NCBI GenBank assembly: GCA_040772385.1
Contig: JAXGYF010000001.1
Location: 5,048,545-5,112,544 of the forward strand
Source: Candidatus Vecturithrix sp.
GTDB lineage: Bacteria > Moduliflexota > Moduliflexia > Moduliflexales > Moduliflexaceae
DNA: 64,000 nt
Reading direction: 5' to 3'
Under the pieces are notes generated by a model, which was not told the origin of the DNA, made no database searches, and was given only the letters and a program-made list of their open reading frames with translations. Numbering within the stretch: position 1 is the stretch's first letter; every line of letters begins with the position of its first letter. Shown in pieces: positions 10,315-19,254 of this stretch. The translations under genes and the position numbers were made by a program.

Positions 10315-11019
10315 TCAAGCAGGTAATCTGGTCAACATATTGAGCACCAGAGTTGCTGAGTTTTGAGCGGCGGTGGTCATGCAGGCGTGGTACATGGCAG
10401 GGCTGGCTTCAGCCGTCACCAGATCGGAGATCGAGCGGATAATCACAAAGGGCGTTTGAAAGAGATAACAGGTTTGGGCAATCGCCGCGCCTTCCATTTC
10501 TACAGCCATGACTTCCGGGAATTTCTGGCGAAGCGCACTAATCTGCTCATGCTGGTGGATAAAGGAATCGCCGGAGATAATCTGTCCCTGATGAATGCTG
10601 ATCTGTGCCTGCTCAGGTAACGAGTCGCACGCCAGCGCGACGAAGGTTTTATCCGGAAAGTAGGCGGCCGGCATCCGCGGAATCTGACCGTATTCATATT
10701 GAAAGATGGTGGCGTCCGCATCGTGATGCCGGACTTCCTTTGAGACCACAATATCTCCAACGCGCAGCACTTCCGGCGGAAATCCGCCGGCCACGCCGGT
10801 ATTGATCACCGCGTCCGGGTGGAATTTATCAATGAGCAAGGTCGCGCCTACGGCCGCATTCACTTTGCCAATCCCGCACAACAGCAAGGCAACCTCGTGT
10901 CCGCCCAGCCGACCGGTGTGATAGTGAAGCGGGCCGTATGCGGTCACGTGCTCTGCTTCCAGTCGGTGTTTCAAGTGCTCTAATTCTTCCGCCATGGCGG
11001 CAATCATTCCGATTTTCAT
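10315..11019 (-). CDS. mtnN: 5'-methylthioadenosine / S-adenosylhomocysteine nucleosidase
   Basis: A 234-aa sequence of the PNP_UDP_1 family. Motifs MKIGMIAAMAEE, GIGKVNAA and AVEMEGAAIAQ are typical of MtnN/Pfs. Confidence 0.8.
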   Translation of the reverse strand: MKIGMIAAMAEELEHLKHRLEAEHVTAYGPLHYHTGRLGGHEVALLLCGIGKVNAAVGATLLIDKFHPDAVINTGVAGGFPPEVLRVGDIVVSKEVRHHDADATIFQYEYGQIPRMPAAYFPDKTFVALACDSLPEQAQISIHQGQIISGDSFIHQHEQISALRQKFPEVMAVEMEGAAIAQTCYLFQTPFVIIRSISDLVTAEASPAMYHACMTTAAQNSATLVLNMLTRLPA

Positions 11020-11035
11020 ATTGTGCTTACTCCTA

Positions 11036-11211
11036 TGAAACTACAAGGATTTCTCATAAGCAAGGATGTGTTATCCCTGGTTATGTGAAATCCCTGTAGT
11101 TTCACCTGCCTGGTGAGCATTCCGCTCATGATAACTCCTTTGAAACTACAAGGATTCCTCATAAGCAAGGATTGTTATCCCTGGTTATGGGAAATCCCTG
11201 TAGTTTCACCC
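11036..11211. repeat. Two tandem copies of repeat family B stem-loop element (CTACAAGGATTTCTCATAAGCAAGGAT...CCCTGGTTATGnGAAATCCCTGTAGTTTCAC)
   Basis: Each 65-70-bp copy is internally palindromic. Further copies lie at 17040-17111 and, partially, at 37008-37045. Confidence 0.7.
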
Positions 11212-11448
11212 TGCCGGGTTAAGCATACGCTCATTGATACTGCTCAAGGAATCAACCTGTCATTCTGCCTAATCGTGTCAACAAGAATGTATGCGAAAAT
11301 TATGACGACGCGCCGTGAAAACTTTCTTGACATGCGATGGCTTTTGTTATTCATCATTCGCAGAAGATGACATCATTTGCTTGGCATGGTATCTGTTTGG
11401 CGATGCCGTGATTTATAATCCTTGTTTCCAAAAGAAGAGGAAAGCATC

Positions 11449-12096
11449 ATGAAAACTGTGATTGATATTGAAGATCTAAAGCGGATGGTCAATGGCGCGA
11501 TTGCCCAAATTCGAGCGCAGCATGCGTACCTGTCGTCCTTAGACGCTGCAATTGGCGACGGAGATCACGGTACGACTATTTTGCGCGGCATGAATAATCT
11601 GGCCAATGTGCTGGAAACCACCTCAGCCAGCGATTTGAAAAGCTTGCTCTCTGAACTTGGCTGGTCTTTTTTGGGCGTTGATGGCGGCGCTTCGGGACCC
11701 TTATTGGGCAGTTTCTTGTTGGGAATGTCAGAAGCGGTTGGTGAACAGATGACACTGGATTGTCAGGCTTTTGCCGCGATGTTCGCCGGCGGATTGGCCT
11801 CGATTCAGCAGCAAACCAGAGCCAAAGCGGGCGATAAAACCTTGCTCGACGCGCTTATTCCGGCTGTTGAAGCCCTGCGCAATGCCGCTGCCGATGGTGA
11901 TCGCATTCTTACAGCTTTGCAAAACGCCGTCAACGCCGCCGAAGCAGGCGCAATCGCCACCAAAGAGATGCAGGCGCGGATGGGCAGGGCTAAAAATCTG
12001 GGAGAACGTGCCATCGGACACCAGGACCCCGGAGCAACCTCAATAGTCTTAATTTTCAAGGGTTTTTTGGAAGGATTGTCACAACCACCACAATGA
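11449..12096 (+). CDS. dhaL: Dihydroxyacetone kinase, DhaL subunit (Dak2, ADP-binding)
   Basis: A Dak2-like sequence with DAAIGDGDHGTT and LGVDGGASGPL motifs. The start is placed at the ATG with a GAGGAAAG RBS; the ORF track gives a longer 11422 start. Confidence 0.8.
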   Translation: MKTVIDIEDLKRMVNGAIAQIRAQHAYLSSLDAAIGDGDHGTTILRGMNNLANVLETTSASDLKSLLSELGWSFLGVDGGASGPLLGSFLLGMSEAVGEQMTLDCQAFAAMFAGGLASIQQQTRAKAGDKTLLDALIPAVEALRNAAADGDRILTALQNAVNAAEAGAIATKEMQARMGRAKNLGERAIGHQDPGATSIVLIFKGFLEGLSQPPQ

Positions 12097-13532
12097 TCAT
12101 CAATTCAAGTTTACGAACAAAGATTTCTTTTGCGGTCGGATTGGTTATTTTTATTGTGCTGGGAACAAGCACCTTTGTTCATATTCAACAGTTAGAACGG
12201 GATTATCTGCAAGCGGTTGAATGGCGCGCTGAAGCTCTGTCGCAGGGGATTCTCAACCAGATTATGAACAACCAGGAATATGATCCGAAGTATTATATTC
12301 ATAATCCCGGCCTGTTAGGCGTGTTTTCGTTGCAATGTATGCAATTATATGAGCGCAATAGAGCGCAGAATGTCGCGCATATCAGTATTATTAATGCGGC
12401 CAACGTCATCGCGGCGCATAACGACAGAAACCTCTGGGACACCCCGATAGAGAATGCTCTGCTCCGTGAGAGTCTTGAGCGGCAGGAATTAGTGACTGTC
12501 CTCGCCGGAAATACCTATCATACCCTTGTGCCGATTGTGTGGAATCGAAATATTTATTTGGGAAGCATTGATATTGGGTTTCCCAAGCAGGTCGTTGACC
12601 GCAAAGCGCGGGAATTGATGATGAATTCGGCGATCTTATTCTGTATTTATTTGATTATGGCGGTTTTTGCCAGTTCGACCCTCATGCATATCATGTTGAG
12701 AAATATCAGTCGTATTCGCCAGGGGATCGAAACGCTGTTTCAGGATCCTACCTATACTCTGCCGCCGGTGAAAGGGGAATTCAATGTGATTGTCGAAAAG
12801 ATTAATGAATTAGTTACTAATGTAGCGGCAATGAAAAAATATGAAGACGAGCTGGAGAAACGGGAACGTATGGCGGTGCTAGGCGAGATGGCCCTGGGCG
12901 TGGCGCATGAGATTAAAAATCCTCTCACCTCAATCAAAGGTTTTACCCAGATGTTGCAGCGCACAGCCCCGGACAATGCCAGAACAGTCAAGTACCTGGA
13001 TTTAATCGACGCGGAACTCAATCGGGTCAATAAGCTGCTGAATGAGCTGCTTGTGTATGGAGGCCGGACGTCATTACAATTCACAGAGGCAGATCTGGAA
13101 CAGATTATTTCGGAATTCATTGATAAATTACACATAAACCATCCCCAAATCCGCGTGAAGAAACGTCTGCAAGGACAAAACTTTCGGGTACGGCTTGATA
13201 AGCACAAAATGATTCAGGTCTTTGATAATCTGCTCAATAACGCGGTTGAGGCCCTGAGCGAGAGAGAGAAGCCAGTGATTGGCATTTTTATGCAGGCGCG
13301 AGAAACAGGCGTGACAATTACTTTTATGGATAATGGCTGCGGCATTCAGACCGCCTATCTTGACAAGGTGCTGCATCCCTTTTTCACCACCAAACCAAAC
13401 GGCTATGGCTTCGGATTGGCGATTTCCTATAAAATCCTTGAACAACACGGCGGTAATTTGCAATTGTTTTCGCGTGAGGCGTGCTATACCAAAATTGTCC
13501 TCACGCTGCCAAAATGTCAGGCCCAAAAATGA
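12093..13532 (+). CDS. Sensor histidine kinase (two N-terminal TM segments, HisKA + HATPase_c)
   Basis: The H-box HEIKNPLTSIKGF is followed by N, G1 and G2 boxes (NLLNNAVEA, DNGCGI, GYGFGLAIS). It overlaps the dhaL stop by 4 nt. Confidence 0.8.
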   Translation: MIINSSLRTKISFAVGLVIFIVLGTSTFVHIQQLERDYLQAVEWRAEALSQGILNQIMNNQEYDPKYYIHNPGLLGVFSLQCMQLYERNRAQNVAHISIINAANVIAAHNDRNLWDTPIENALLRESLERQELVTVLAGNTYHTLVPIVWNRNIYLGSIDIGFPKQVVDRKARELMMNSAILFCIYLIMAVFASSTLMHIMLRNISRIRQGIETLFQDPTYTLPPVKGEFNVIVEKINELVTNVAAMKKYEDELEKRERMAVLGEMALGVAHEIKNPLTSIKGFTQMLQRTAPDNARTVKYLDLIDAELNRVNKLLNELLVYGGRTSLQFTEADLEQIISEFIDKLHINHPQIRVKKRLQGQNFRVRLDKHKMIQVFDNLLNNAVEALSEREKPVIGIFMQARETGVTITFMDNGCGIQTAYLDKVLHPFFTTKPNGYGFGLAISYKILEQHGGNLQLFSREACYTKIVLTLPKCQAQK

Positions 13533-13616
13533 TCCTACGTGAGTTGTGTCATGACACTTCGACTCCGCTCAGTGTCCGGAGCGGGGGTCGAGACATAAAT
13601 CATTCAGGATGTCTAT

Positions 13617-14957
13617 ATGAAATATAAACTGCTGATTACAGATGACGAACAGAGCGTCAGAATTTTCTTAAAAGATCTGTTTCTTGAGGAAGGATTTGAT
13701 GTCTGTGAAGCCAAAGATGGCAAAGAAACCCTTGAGGCCGTCAGAAATGACGCGCCGCATATTATTATTCTTGATCTTAAACTTCCGGATTTGAATGGCC
13801 TGGAGTTGATTTCACAGATCAAAAAAGAGCAGCCGCTTGCCGAAATCATCATTATTACAGCCCTGGGCACAGTCGAAAATGCGGTGAAAGCGATCAAATT
13901 CGGCGCGTATGATTTTATCACCAAGCCTTTTGATATCGAAACGATTCTGATCGTGGTCAAACGCGCGGTGGAATATATCACTGTCAGCCGCGAGAATATT
14001 GCGTTAAAGCAGTTACAAAAAAATAAAATCTATTTTGAGGAATTTATTGGGGAATCCGAAGAGATTCGCACTATTAAAAATCTGATTGTCAAACTCGCGC
14101 ACACGGACGTGCCTATTCTGATTACGGGGGAAACCGGGACAGGGAAAAATATTTTAGCCCAGCAGATTCATTTTACCTTATCGGCCCATGAAACGCCGCT
14201 GGCCTATATCAATTGCCCCGGGATTCCCGATTCGCTGTTTGAATCGGAATTTTTCGGACATGAAAAAGGGGCCTTTACCGGCGCAAATACCCAGAAAAAA
14301 GGACGTATTGAGGAAGCGCGCGACGGCACGTTGATTCTTGATGAAATCTCAGAGCTGCCCCTGAGCATTCAAGCCAAACTCTTAGATTTTCTACAAACCA
14401 GGAATTTTTACCGGGTCGGAAGTAATCACCAGATTTCGCTCAAAACCCGGGTTGTTGCTCTTTCGAATAAAAATCTTCAGGCCGAGATCGAACAAGGACG
14501 ATTTCGAAAAGACTTGTTGTATCGTTTGAATGTGATCCATCTGCACATCCCCCCGCTGCGGGAGAGAACTGAGGACATCATGCTGTTCGTCGAATATTTT
14601 TTGAAAACTTTCCGCAAACGGTATGCCAGGAACATCAGCGGAATTTCGGATTCCTGTCGACAGCTTCTGTTGAATTATCCCTGGCCGGGCAATGTGCGTG
14701 AATTGAAAAATGTGCTGGAACGCGCCTGCATTGTGTGCGAACATCCGATCATTGATGAACATGCCATCATTTTTGAAACCTCGCATCAGCAGTCAGCACC
14801 AAAAGATTTGAAGAACTTGATGAACGCTTATGAAAAACGTCTGCTGATTCAAGCCCTGGCCCGACATAATGGCAACCGGGTGAAAACCTCGGAAGAATTG
14901 CAGATTTCTCTGCGAAATTTGCACTATAAATTGAGTAAGTATCAGATTAGCGGCTAG
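13617..14957 (+). CDS. Sigma-54-dependent response regulator (REC + AAA+ sigma-54 activator + Fis-type HTH), NtrC family
   Basis: A REC domain with a DLKLPD phospho-acceptor region is followed by Walker A GETGTGKN and a GAFTGA-like segment. The C-terminal HTH region matches the NtrC-family layout. Confidence 0.85.
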   Translation: MKYKLLITDDEQSVRIFLKDLFLEEGFDVCEAKDGKETLEAVRNDAPHIIILDLKLPDLNGLELISQIKKEQPLAEIIIITALGTVENAVKAIKFGAYDFITKPFDIETILIVVKRAVEYITVSRENIALKQLQKNKIYFEEFIGESEEIRTIKNLIVKLAHTDVPILITGETGTGKNILAQQIHFTLSAHETPLAYINCPGIPDSLFESEFFGHEKGAFTGANTQKKGRIEEARDGTLILDEISELPLSIQAKLLDFLQTRNFYRVGSNHQISLKTRVVALSNKNLQAEIEQGRFRKDLLYRLNVIHLHIPPLRERTEDIMLFVEYFLKTFRKRYARNISGISDSCRQLLLNYPWPGNVRELKNVLERACIVCEHPIIDEHAIIFETSHQQSAPKDLKNLMNAYEKRLLIQALARHNGNRVKTSEELQISLRNLHYKLSKYQISG

Positions 14958-14990
14958 TGCAAGTTTTTGCACGTCATGGTGCAAGATTTT
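14947..14990 (+). promoter_or_regulatory. Candidate enhancer (UAS) for the sigma-54 regulator: TGCAAG / TTGCAC...GTGCAA half-site palindromes
   Basis: TGCAAGTTTTTGCACGTCATGGTGCAAG lies about 120 bp upstream of the -24/-12 element. This arm pattern is typical of NtrC-family activator sites. Confidence 0.4.
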
Positions 14991-15107
14991 TCGTGATGAT
15001 TTCCAGACAACGAATCTTTCGGAAAAAATCATGTTGCATCCATTTTTCTTGACAATAAGGGGAAATATTCCACATCAATAATCGTTATTTGTGCTACGGA
15101 GTTCCTG

Positions 15108-15123
15108 TTGGCATAATGTTTGC
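15108..15123 (+). promoter_or_regulatory. Sigma-54 (-24/-12) promoter TGGCATAATGTTTGCT upstream of the lactate permease gene
   Basis: GG and GC fall at the canonical spacing of TGGCAC-N5-TTGCW. The site is about 110 bp upstream of the ATG at 15232, and the adjacent gene encodes a sigma-54 activator. Confidence 0.55.
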
Positions 15124-15152
15124 TTTCTGTCATAACGTTGTGTCATAAAACA

Positions 15153-15187
15153 AGAAACCAGGTTTTTTTGAAAAAACCTGGTTTCTC
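15153..15187. repeat. REP-type-1 hairpin AAGAAACCAGGTTTTTTTGAAAAAACCTGGTTTCTC, here in a 5' leader
   Basis: Palindrome of the same family, located between the sigma-54 promoter and the lactate permease start. Confidence 0.55.
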
Positions 15188-15231
15188 CTTTGATTTGTCC
15201 TGCTCACAAGATAAACAAAAAATAAAGGAGG

Positions 15232-16932
15232 ATGGGTATGCCATTAGGAGTTCTTGCAATTATCGCTGCGATCCCCATTGTGTTAGTACTGGTATTGATG
15301 GTAGGGCTGCGTTGGCCTTCGACCAAAGCGATGCCGTTGGCGTGGGTCGTCACTGGGTTACTTGGCATGGTGATCTGGAAAATGTCACCTGGGTTTATTT
15401 TGGCTTCCACTTTAAGTGGGTTTGGGAGTGCAATCAATGTGTTAGTAATTGTTTTTGGCGCGGTGTTGATTTTATACACCTTGCGGGAAAGTGGTGCAAT
15501 GGATACCATCAGTTACGGGTTTCTGCATCTTTCTCGCGATCGCAGAGTTCAGGCGATTATCATTGCATTTATGTTCGGCGCGTTTATCGAAGGCGCGGCC
15601 GGGTTCGGTACTCCTGCGGCGTTGGCTGCGCCGCTGCTCCTCGGACTTGGTTTTCCGGCCATGGCTGCCGTCTGTCTGGCTCTGATCTGCAACTCTGTGC
15701 CTGTAACGTTCGGGGCGGTCGGCACGCCGATCTGGTTCGGCTTGACTCCTATAGAACCCTCGATTGAAGAGGCTATTGCTCAGGGAACGGCCAACGGCTT
15801 TACGACCTTTGACGGGTTTCTAAGAAACGTGTCTGTGTGGTCTGCGCTGATTCATGGGCTTGTTGCAATCGTTCTGCCGTTGTTTCTTGTCTGCTTTATG
15901 ACCCGTTTTTTTGGCAAGAATAAACTCTGGAGCGAAGGTCTGGGGGCCTGGCAATTCTCGCTATTTGCCTCAGTCTCATTTATTATTCCTTATTTTCTCA
16001 TGGCCGTGTTATTTGGTTCTGAATTTCCTTCCTTGATCGGCGGCTTGATCGGATTGGGAATCACCATGACCGGGGCGAAAAAGAAATGGTTTACGCCAAA
16101 GCGGGTCTGGGATTTTGCGGAACGATCGCAATGGGAAAAAGAGTGGGTCGGGGAAGTCGAACCCGGTTCGACAACCATCACGCCCAAAATGAGCCAGTTA
16201 GCCGCCTGGACGCCTTACATTTTGATTGCCATTCTCCTGGTACTCACCCGTGTGAATTTCCTGCCCTTCAAAGCATGGCTGAATACCTGGGGCAAAATCT
16301 CTTTCACTCATATTCTGGGGTATGAAACGGTGAATTTCAGTATGACTCCTCTCTATCTGCCAGGAACAATTCCGTTTACGCTGATCGCGATCATCACAAT
16401 TTTCCTGCATAAAATTCCGGCGGAGAAAGTTAAAATAGCCTGGACACAATCCTTTCAACGATTGAAAAGCCCAACGATTGCATTGTTATTTGCTGTCGCC
16501 ATGGTGGAAATTTTAAAACAATCAGGCGTCAATCCGGCCGGATATAAATCCATGCCATTGACGATGGCGTTGGCAGTGGCGGCCATTGTTGGCAAAACCT
16601 GGCCGTTCTTTGCCGCCTATGTCGGTTCTTTAGGGGCCTTTATTGCCGGCAGCAATACCGTCTCGAATCTGTTGTTTTCAAGTTTTCAATATGGACTGGC
16701 GTCCACCGTGGGCATCAGCCGCGAAATTATCGTGGCCTTACAAGCTGTGGGCGGCGCAATGGGTAATATGATCTGCGTGCACAATGTGGTGGCAGCGTTA
16801 GCAACGGTAGGTCTGGTCGGGATCGAAGGGCTTATCATTCGCCGTACCCTCGTTCCGATGATTTTATACGGCATTCTGGCCGGCACGCTTGGTTTGCTCT
16901 TCTCGTATGTCTTTTTTATTGGAATATTTTAA
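15232..16932 (+). CDS. L-lactate permease (LctP/LldP family)
   Basis: A 566-aa polytopic membrane protein whose N-terminal third (MGMPLGVLAIIAAIPIVLVL... through GFGTPAALAAPLLLGLGF) fits the lactate permease family. The internal ORF at 15120-15767 is an overlapping artefact. Confidence 0.8.
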   Translation: MGMPLGVLAIIAAIPIVLVLVLMVGLRWPSTKAMPLAWVVTGLLGMVIWKMSPGFILASTLSGFGSAINVLVIVFGAVLILYTLRESGAMDTISYGFLHLSRDRRVQAIIIAFMFGAFIEGAAGFGTPAALAAPLLLGLGFPAMAAVCLALICNSVPVTFGAVGTPIWFGLTPIEPSIEEAIAQGTANGFTTFDGFLRNVSVWSALIHGLVAIVLPLFLVCFMTRFFGKNKLWSEGLGAWQFSLFASVSFIIPYFLMAVLFGSEFPSLIGGLIGLGITMTGAKKKWFTPKRVWDFAERSQWEKEWVGEVEPGSTTITPKMSQLAAWTPYILIAILLVLTRVNFLPFKAWLNTWGKISFTHILGYETVNFSMTPLYLPGTIPFTLIAIITIFLHKIPAEKVKIAWTQSFQRLKSPTIALLFAVAMVEILKQSGVNPAGYKSMPLTMALAVAAIVGKTWPFFAAYVGSLGAFIAGSNTVSNLLFSSFQYGLASTVGISREIIVALQAVGGAMGNMICVHNVVAALATVGLVGIEGLIIRRTLVPMILYGILAGTLGLLFSYVFFIGIF

Positions 16933-16946
16933 TGTGATTTTTGGGT

Positions 16947-16978
16947 AAAAACCGAGTTTTTTCAAAAAACTCGGTTTT
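16947..16978. terminator. REP-type-1 hairpin AAAACCGAGTTTTTTCAAAAAACTCGGTTTT
   Basis: Palindrome directly after the lactate permease stop codon. Confidence 0.6.
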
Positions 16979-16989
16979 ATACGTATCAA

Positions 16990-17017
16990 TGACAATTTTA
17001 TTTTATGAGAATTGTCA
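16990..17017. promoter_or_regulatory. Operator-like palindrome TGACAATT-N12-AATTGTCA upstream of etfB
   Basis: Perfect 8-bp inverted arms in the etfB leader, adjacent to a family B repeat. Confidence 0.3.
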
Positions 17018-17039
17018 TGAGTTTACGATCGCCCGACAT

Positions 17040-17111
17040 CATGAAACTACAGGGATTTCACATAAGCACGGATAACACACTCTTGCTTATGAGTGTGATC
17101 CTTGTAGTTTC
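17040..17111. repeat. Repeat family B stem-loop element
   Basis: GAAACTACAGGGATTTCACATAAGCACGGATAACAC...CTTGTAGTTTCAC, ending just before the etfB start codon. Confidence 0.65.
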
Positions 17112-17126
17112 ACAGGAGAAAACTTT

Positions 17127-17930
17127 ATGAAAATAATTGTTCCGATTAAACAAGTTCCGGAAACCAGCAATGTGAAAATGGATGAAACCACCGGAACCAT
17201 GATTCGTGAAGGTGTTGAAAGTATTATCAACCCTCTCGATCTGTATGCAATTGAAATCGGCATCCAACTGCGCGAGGAATATGGCGGATCCCTCACGGCA
17301 ATCTCGATGGGGCCGCCAAGCTGCAAAAAAGCTTTAAAGGAAGCCATTGCCATGGGCTGCGACGACGCGATCCAGATCAGCCATAAAGCCTTTGCCGGCG
17401 CGGATACCTGGGCGACATCCTATGTGCTGTCGGAAACCATTAAACGCCAGATCGGGCAATTCGATCTAATCCTGTGCGGAGAACGGGCGACCGATGGCGA
17501 TACCGGACAGGTTGGCCCCGGAATTGCGTCATTCCTCGATTTGCCGCTCGCCACATATATCAGTAAAATTTATGCGATTGAAAACGGCAGTCATTTTCGC
17601 GTGAATCGCCTGATAGAAGGCGGCTACGAAGTCTTGTCGCTGCCTTTCCCGGCTCTGCTGACCGTCGTCAAAGAAATCAGCTTTCCGCGCCTGCCCACGC
17701 TGCGCGGCAAACAGAAAGCCAAAACCGTGGATATCCCTGTCATCACGCCGGACGTGATTGGGGCAAAACCGGAGTGTATCGGCCTAAATGGGTCGCCCAC
17801 GCAAGTCGTCAAGATTTTTCGCCCGCAAGTGTCCAGACAGGGAGAAAAATACGTGATCAAAGAAGAAGCTGATCTTGAAAACGCCGTCAATAAACTCGTG
17901 GATTTCTTGCAGCAAAAATTATTGATATAG
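17127..17930 (+). CDS. etfB: Electron transfer flavoprotein beta subunit (EtfB / LctB-like)
   Basis: MKIIVPIKQVPET... with a conserved AMP-binding region. It pairs with the etfA gene immediately downstream. Confidence 0.85.
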   Translation: MKIIVPIKQVPETSNVKMDETTGTMIREGVESIINPLDLYAIEIGIQLREEYGGSLTAISMGPPSCKKALKEAIAMGCDDAIQISHKAFAGADTWATSYVLSETIKRQIGQFDLILCGERATDGDTGQVGPGIASFLDLPLATYISKIYAIENGSHFRVNRLIEGGYEVLSLPFPALLTVVKEISFPRLPTLRGKQKAKTVDIPVITPDVIGAKPECIGLNGSPTQVVKIFRPQVSRQGEKYVIKEEADLENAVNKLVDFLQQKLLI

Positions 17931-18123
17931 TCTTTTGTCATGTCTTAAATGACGGGTTCGTACCGCGGACATCCTTGTCCGCAATGCCCGGACAGGGATG
18001 TCCGGGGTACATAACAACCCATCACTGTCAACTTGACAAAATAGCAGATACAATCAGAGCTTATGCAGCTTACTCAGATGAAACCATTCCGGTTACTCTG
18101 CGGACCGTTTATCTGGAAACGCT

Positions 18124-19146
18124 GTGAAACTTCTGGTTTTGAATATGGATTATCAAGGTGTATGGACATTATCAGAACAGAAAAACGGAATGATCCACTC
18201 TGTTTCTTACGAACTGTTGAACCGGGGGAAAGCCCTGGCGAAAAAGCTAGACGTTCCGTTAAGCACGGTGTTATTCGGGCATAATATCGCTGAAAGCGAA
18301 CTTCAGGAAGTGATCTATCGCGGCGCAGACCAGATCTACCTGGTCAATTATCCGATCTTCGCTCATTTTTTAGCTGAACCGTATCAAAAAGCATTGAAAT
18401 TTTTGATCAATCGATTTCGCCCTGAAATTATGATTGCGGCCGCGACAACCACCGGGCGCACGGTGATGCCCTATGTCGCCACGCAGATGTTCGCCGGATT
18501 AACGGCTGACTGCACGCTGCTGGATATTGAAGAAGGTACGCGCAACTTATTGCAGACCCGGCCCGCCATCGGCGGCAATATTTTAGCCACCATTAAAACG
18601 CCAAACGCGCGGCCACAAATGGCGACCGTGCGCCCCCGATCAATGAAACCGGCTGAACGCGACGTCTCGCGCACCGGTAAAATTATTCCGGTCGAACTCC
18701 CTGCCGACTGCCTGCAATCGCGTGTCACCTTTGAAGAATTTGTAGCAGACGCCTCGCTATGCACGCCGCTCCAGGATGCCGACATTATTGTGTCGGGAGG
18801 TCGCGGACTGGCCAAAGGCGAGAATTTTGCCCTCATTCGCAAACTCGCCAGGATGATCGGAGCGGAAATCGGCGCATCTCGTGACGCCGTTGATCGCGGA
18901 TGGATTGAATATCCGCATCAAATCGGTCTCAGCGGCAAAACCGTGTCGCCCAAATTGTATCTGACCTGCGGGATCTCCGGATCAATCCAGCATATTGCCG
19001 GAATGCAGACTTCTGAAACGATTGTCGCGATCAATAAAGATCCGGATGCCCAGATTTTCAAGCTTGCTGATTTTGGGATTGTCGGCGATTTATTCGAAGT
19101 TGTGCCTGCTCTTATTCGCAAACTTGAGGAAAGAACCGTATCATAA
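18124..19146 (+). CDS. etfA: Electron transfer flavoprotein alpha subunit (EtfA / LctC-like)
   Basis: C-terminal FAD-binding signature SGGRGLAKGENF...AEIGASRDAVDRGW...LYLTCGISGSIQHIAGM. The start could instead be the Met at 18145. Confidence 0.85.
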   Translation: MKLLVLNMDYQGVWTLSEQKNGMIHSVSYELLNRGKALAKKLDVPLSTVLFGHNIAESELQEVIYRGADQIYLVNYPIFAHFLAEPYQKALKFLINRFRPEIMIAAATTTGRTVMPYVATQMFAGLTADCTLLDIEEGTRNLLQTRPAIGGNILATIKTPNARPQMATVRPRSMKPAERDVSRTGKIIPVELPADCLQSRVTFEEFVADASLCTPLQDADIIVSGGRGLAKGENFALIRKLARMIGAEIGASRDAVDRGWIEYPHQIGLSGKTVSPKLYLTCGISGSIQHIAGMQTSETIVAINKDPDAQIFKLADFGIVGDLFEVVPALIRKLEERTVS

Positions 19147-19254
19147 AGTACGTAAAGGACTGGAAGTGCTTGAAGTGTAAGATTCCGTTTGACCTGCTTT
19201 CAAGTGTGGCGCGGCAATGCACTTCACTTACTTTCATTCACTTTTCACGCAGTT

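Noticed and set aside
15120-15767. 215-aa ORF on the plus strand overlapping the start of the lactate permease gene
   Set aside because: It sits in a different frame, entirely inside the promoter and 5' third of a well-supported permease gene. Its composition is Cys/Arg-rich nonsense. It is a frame-shadow artefact.
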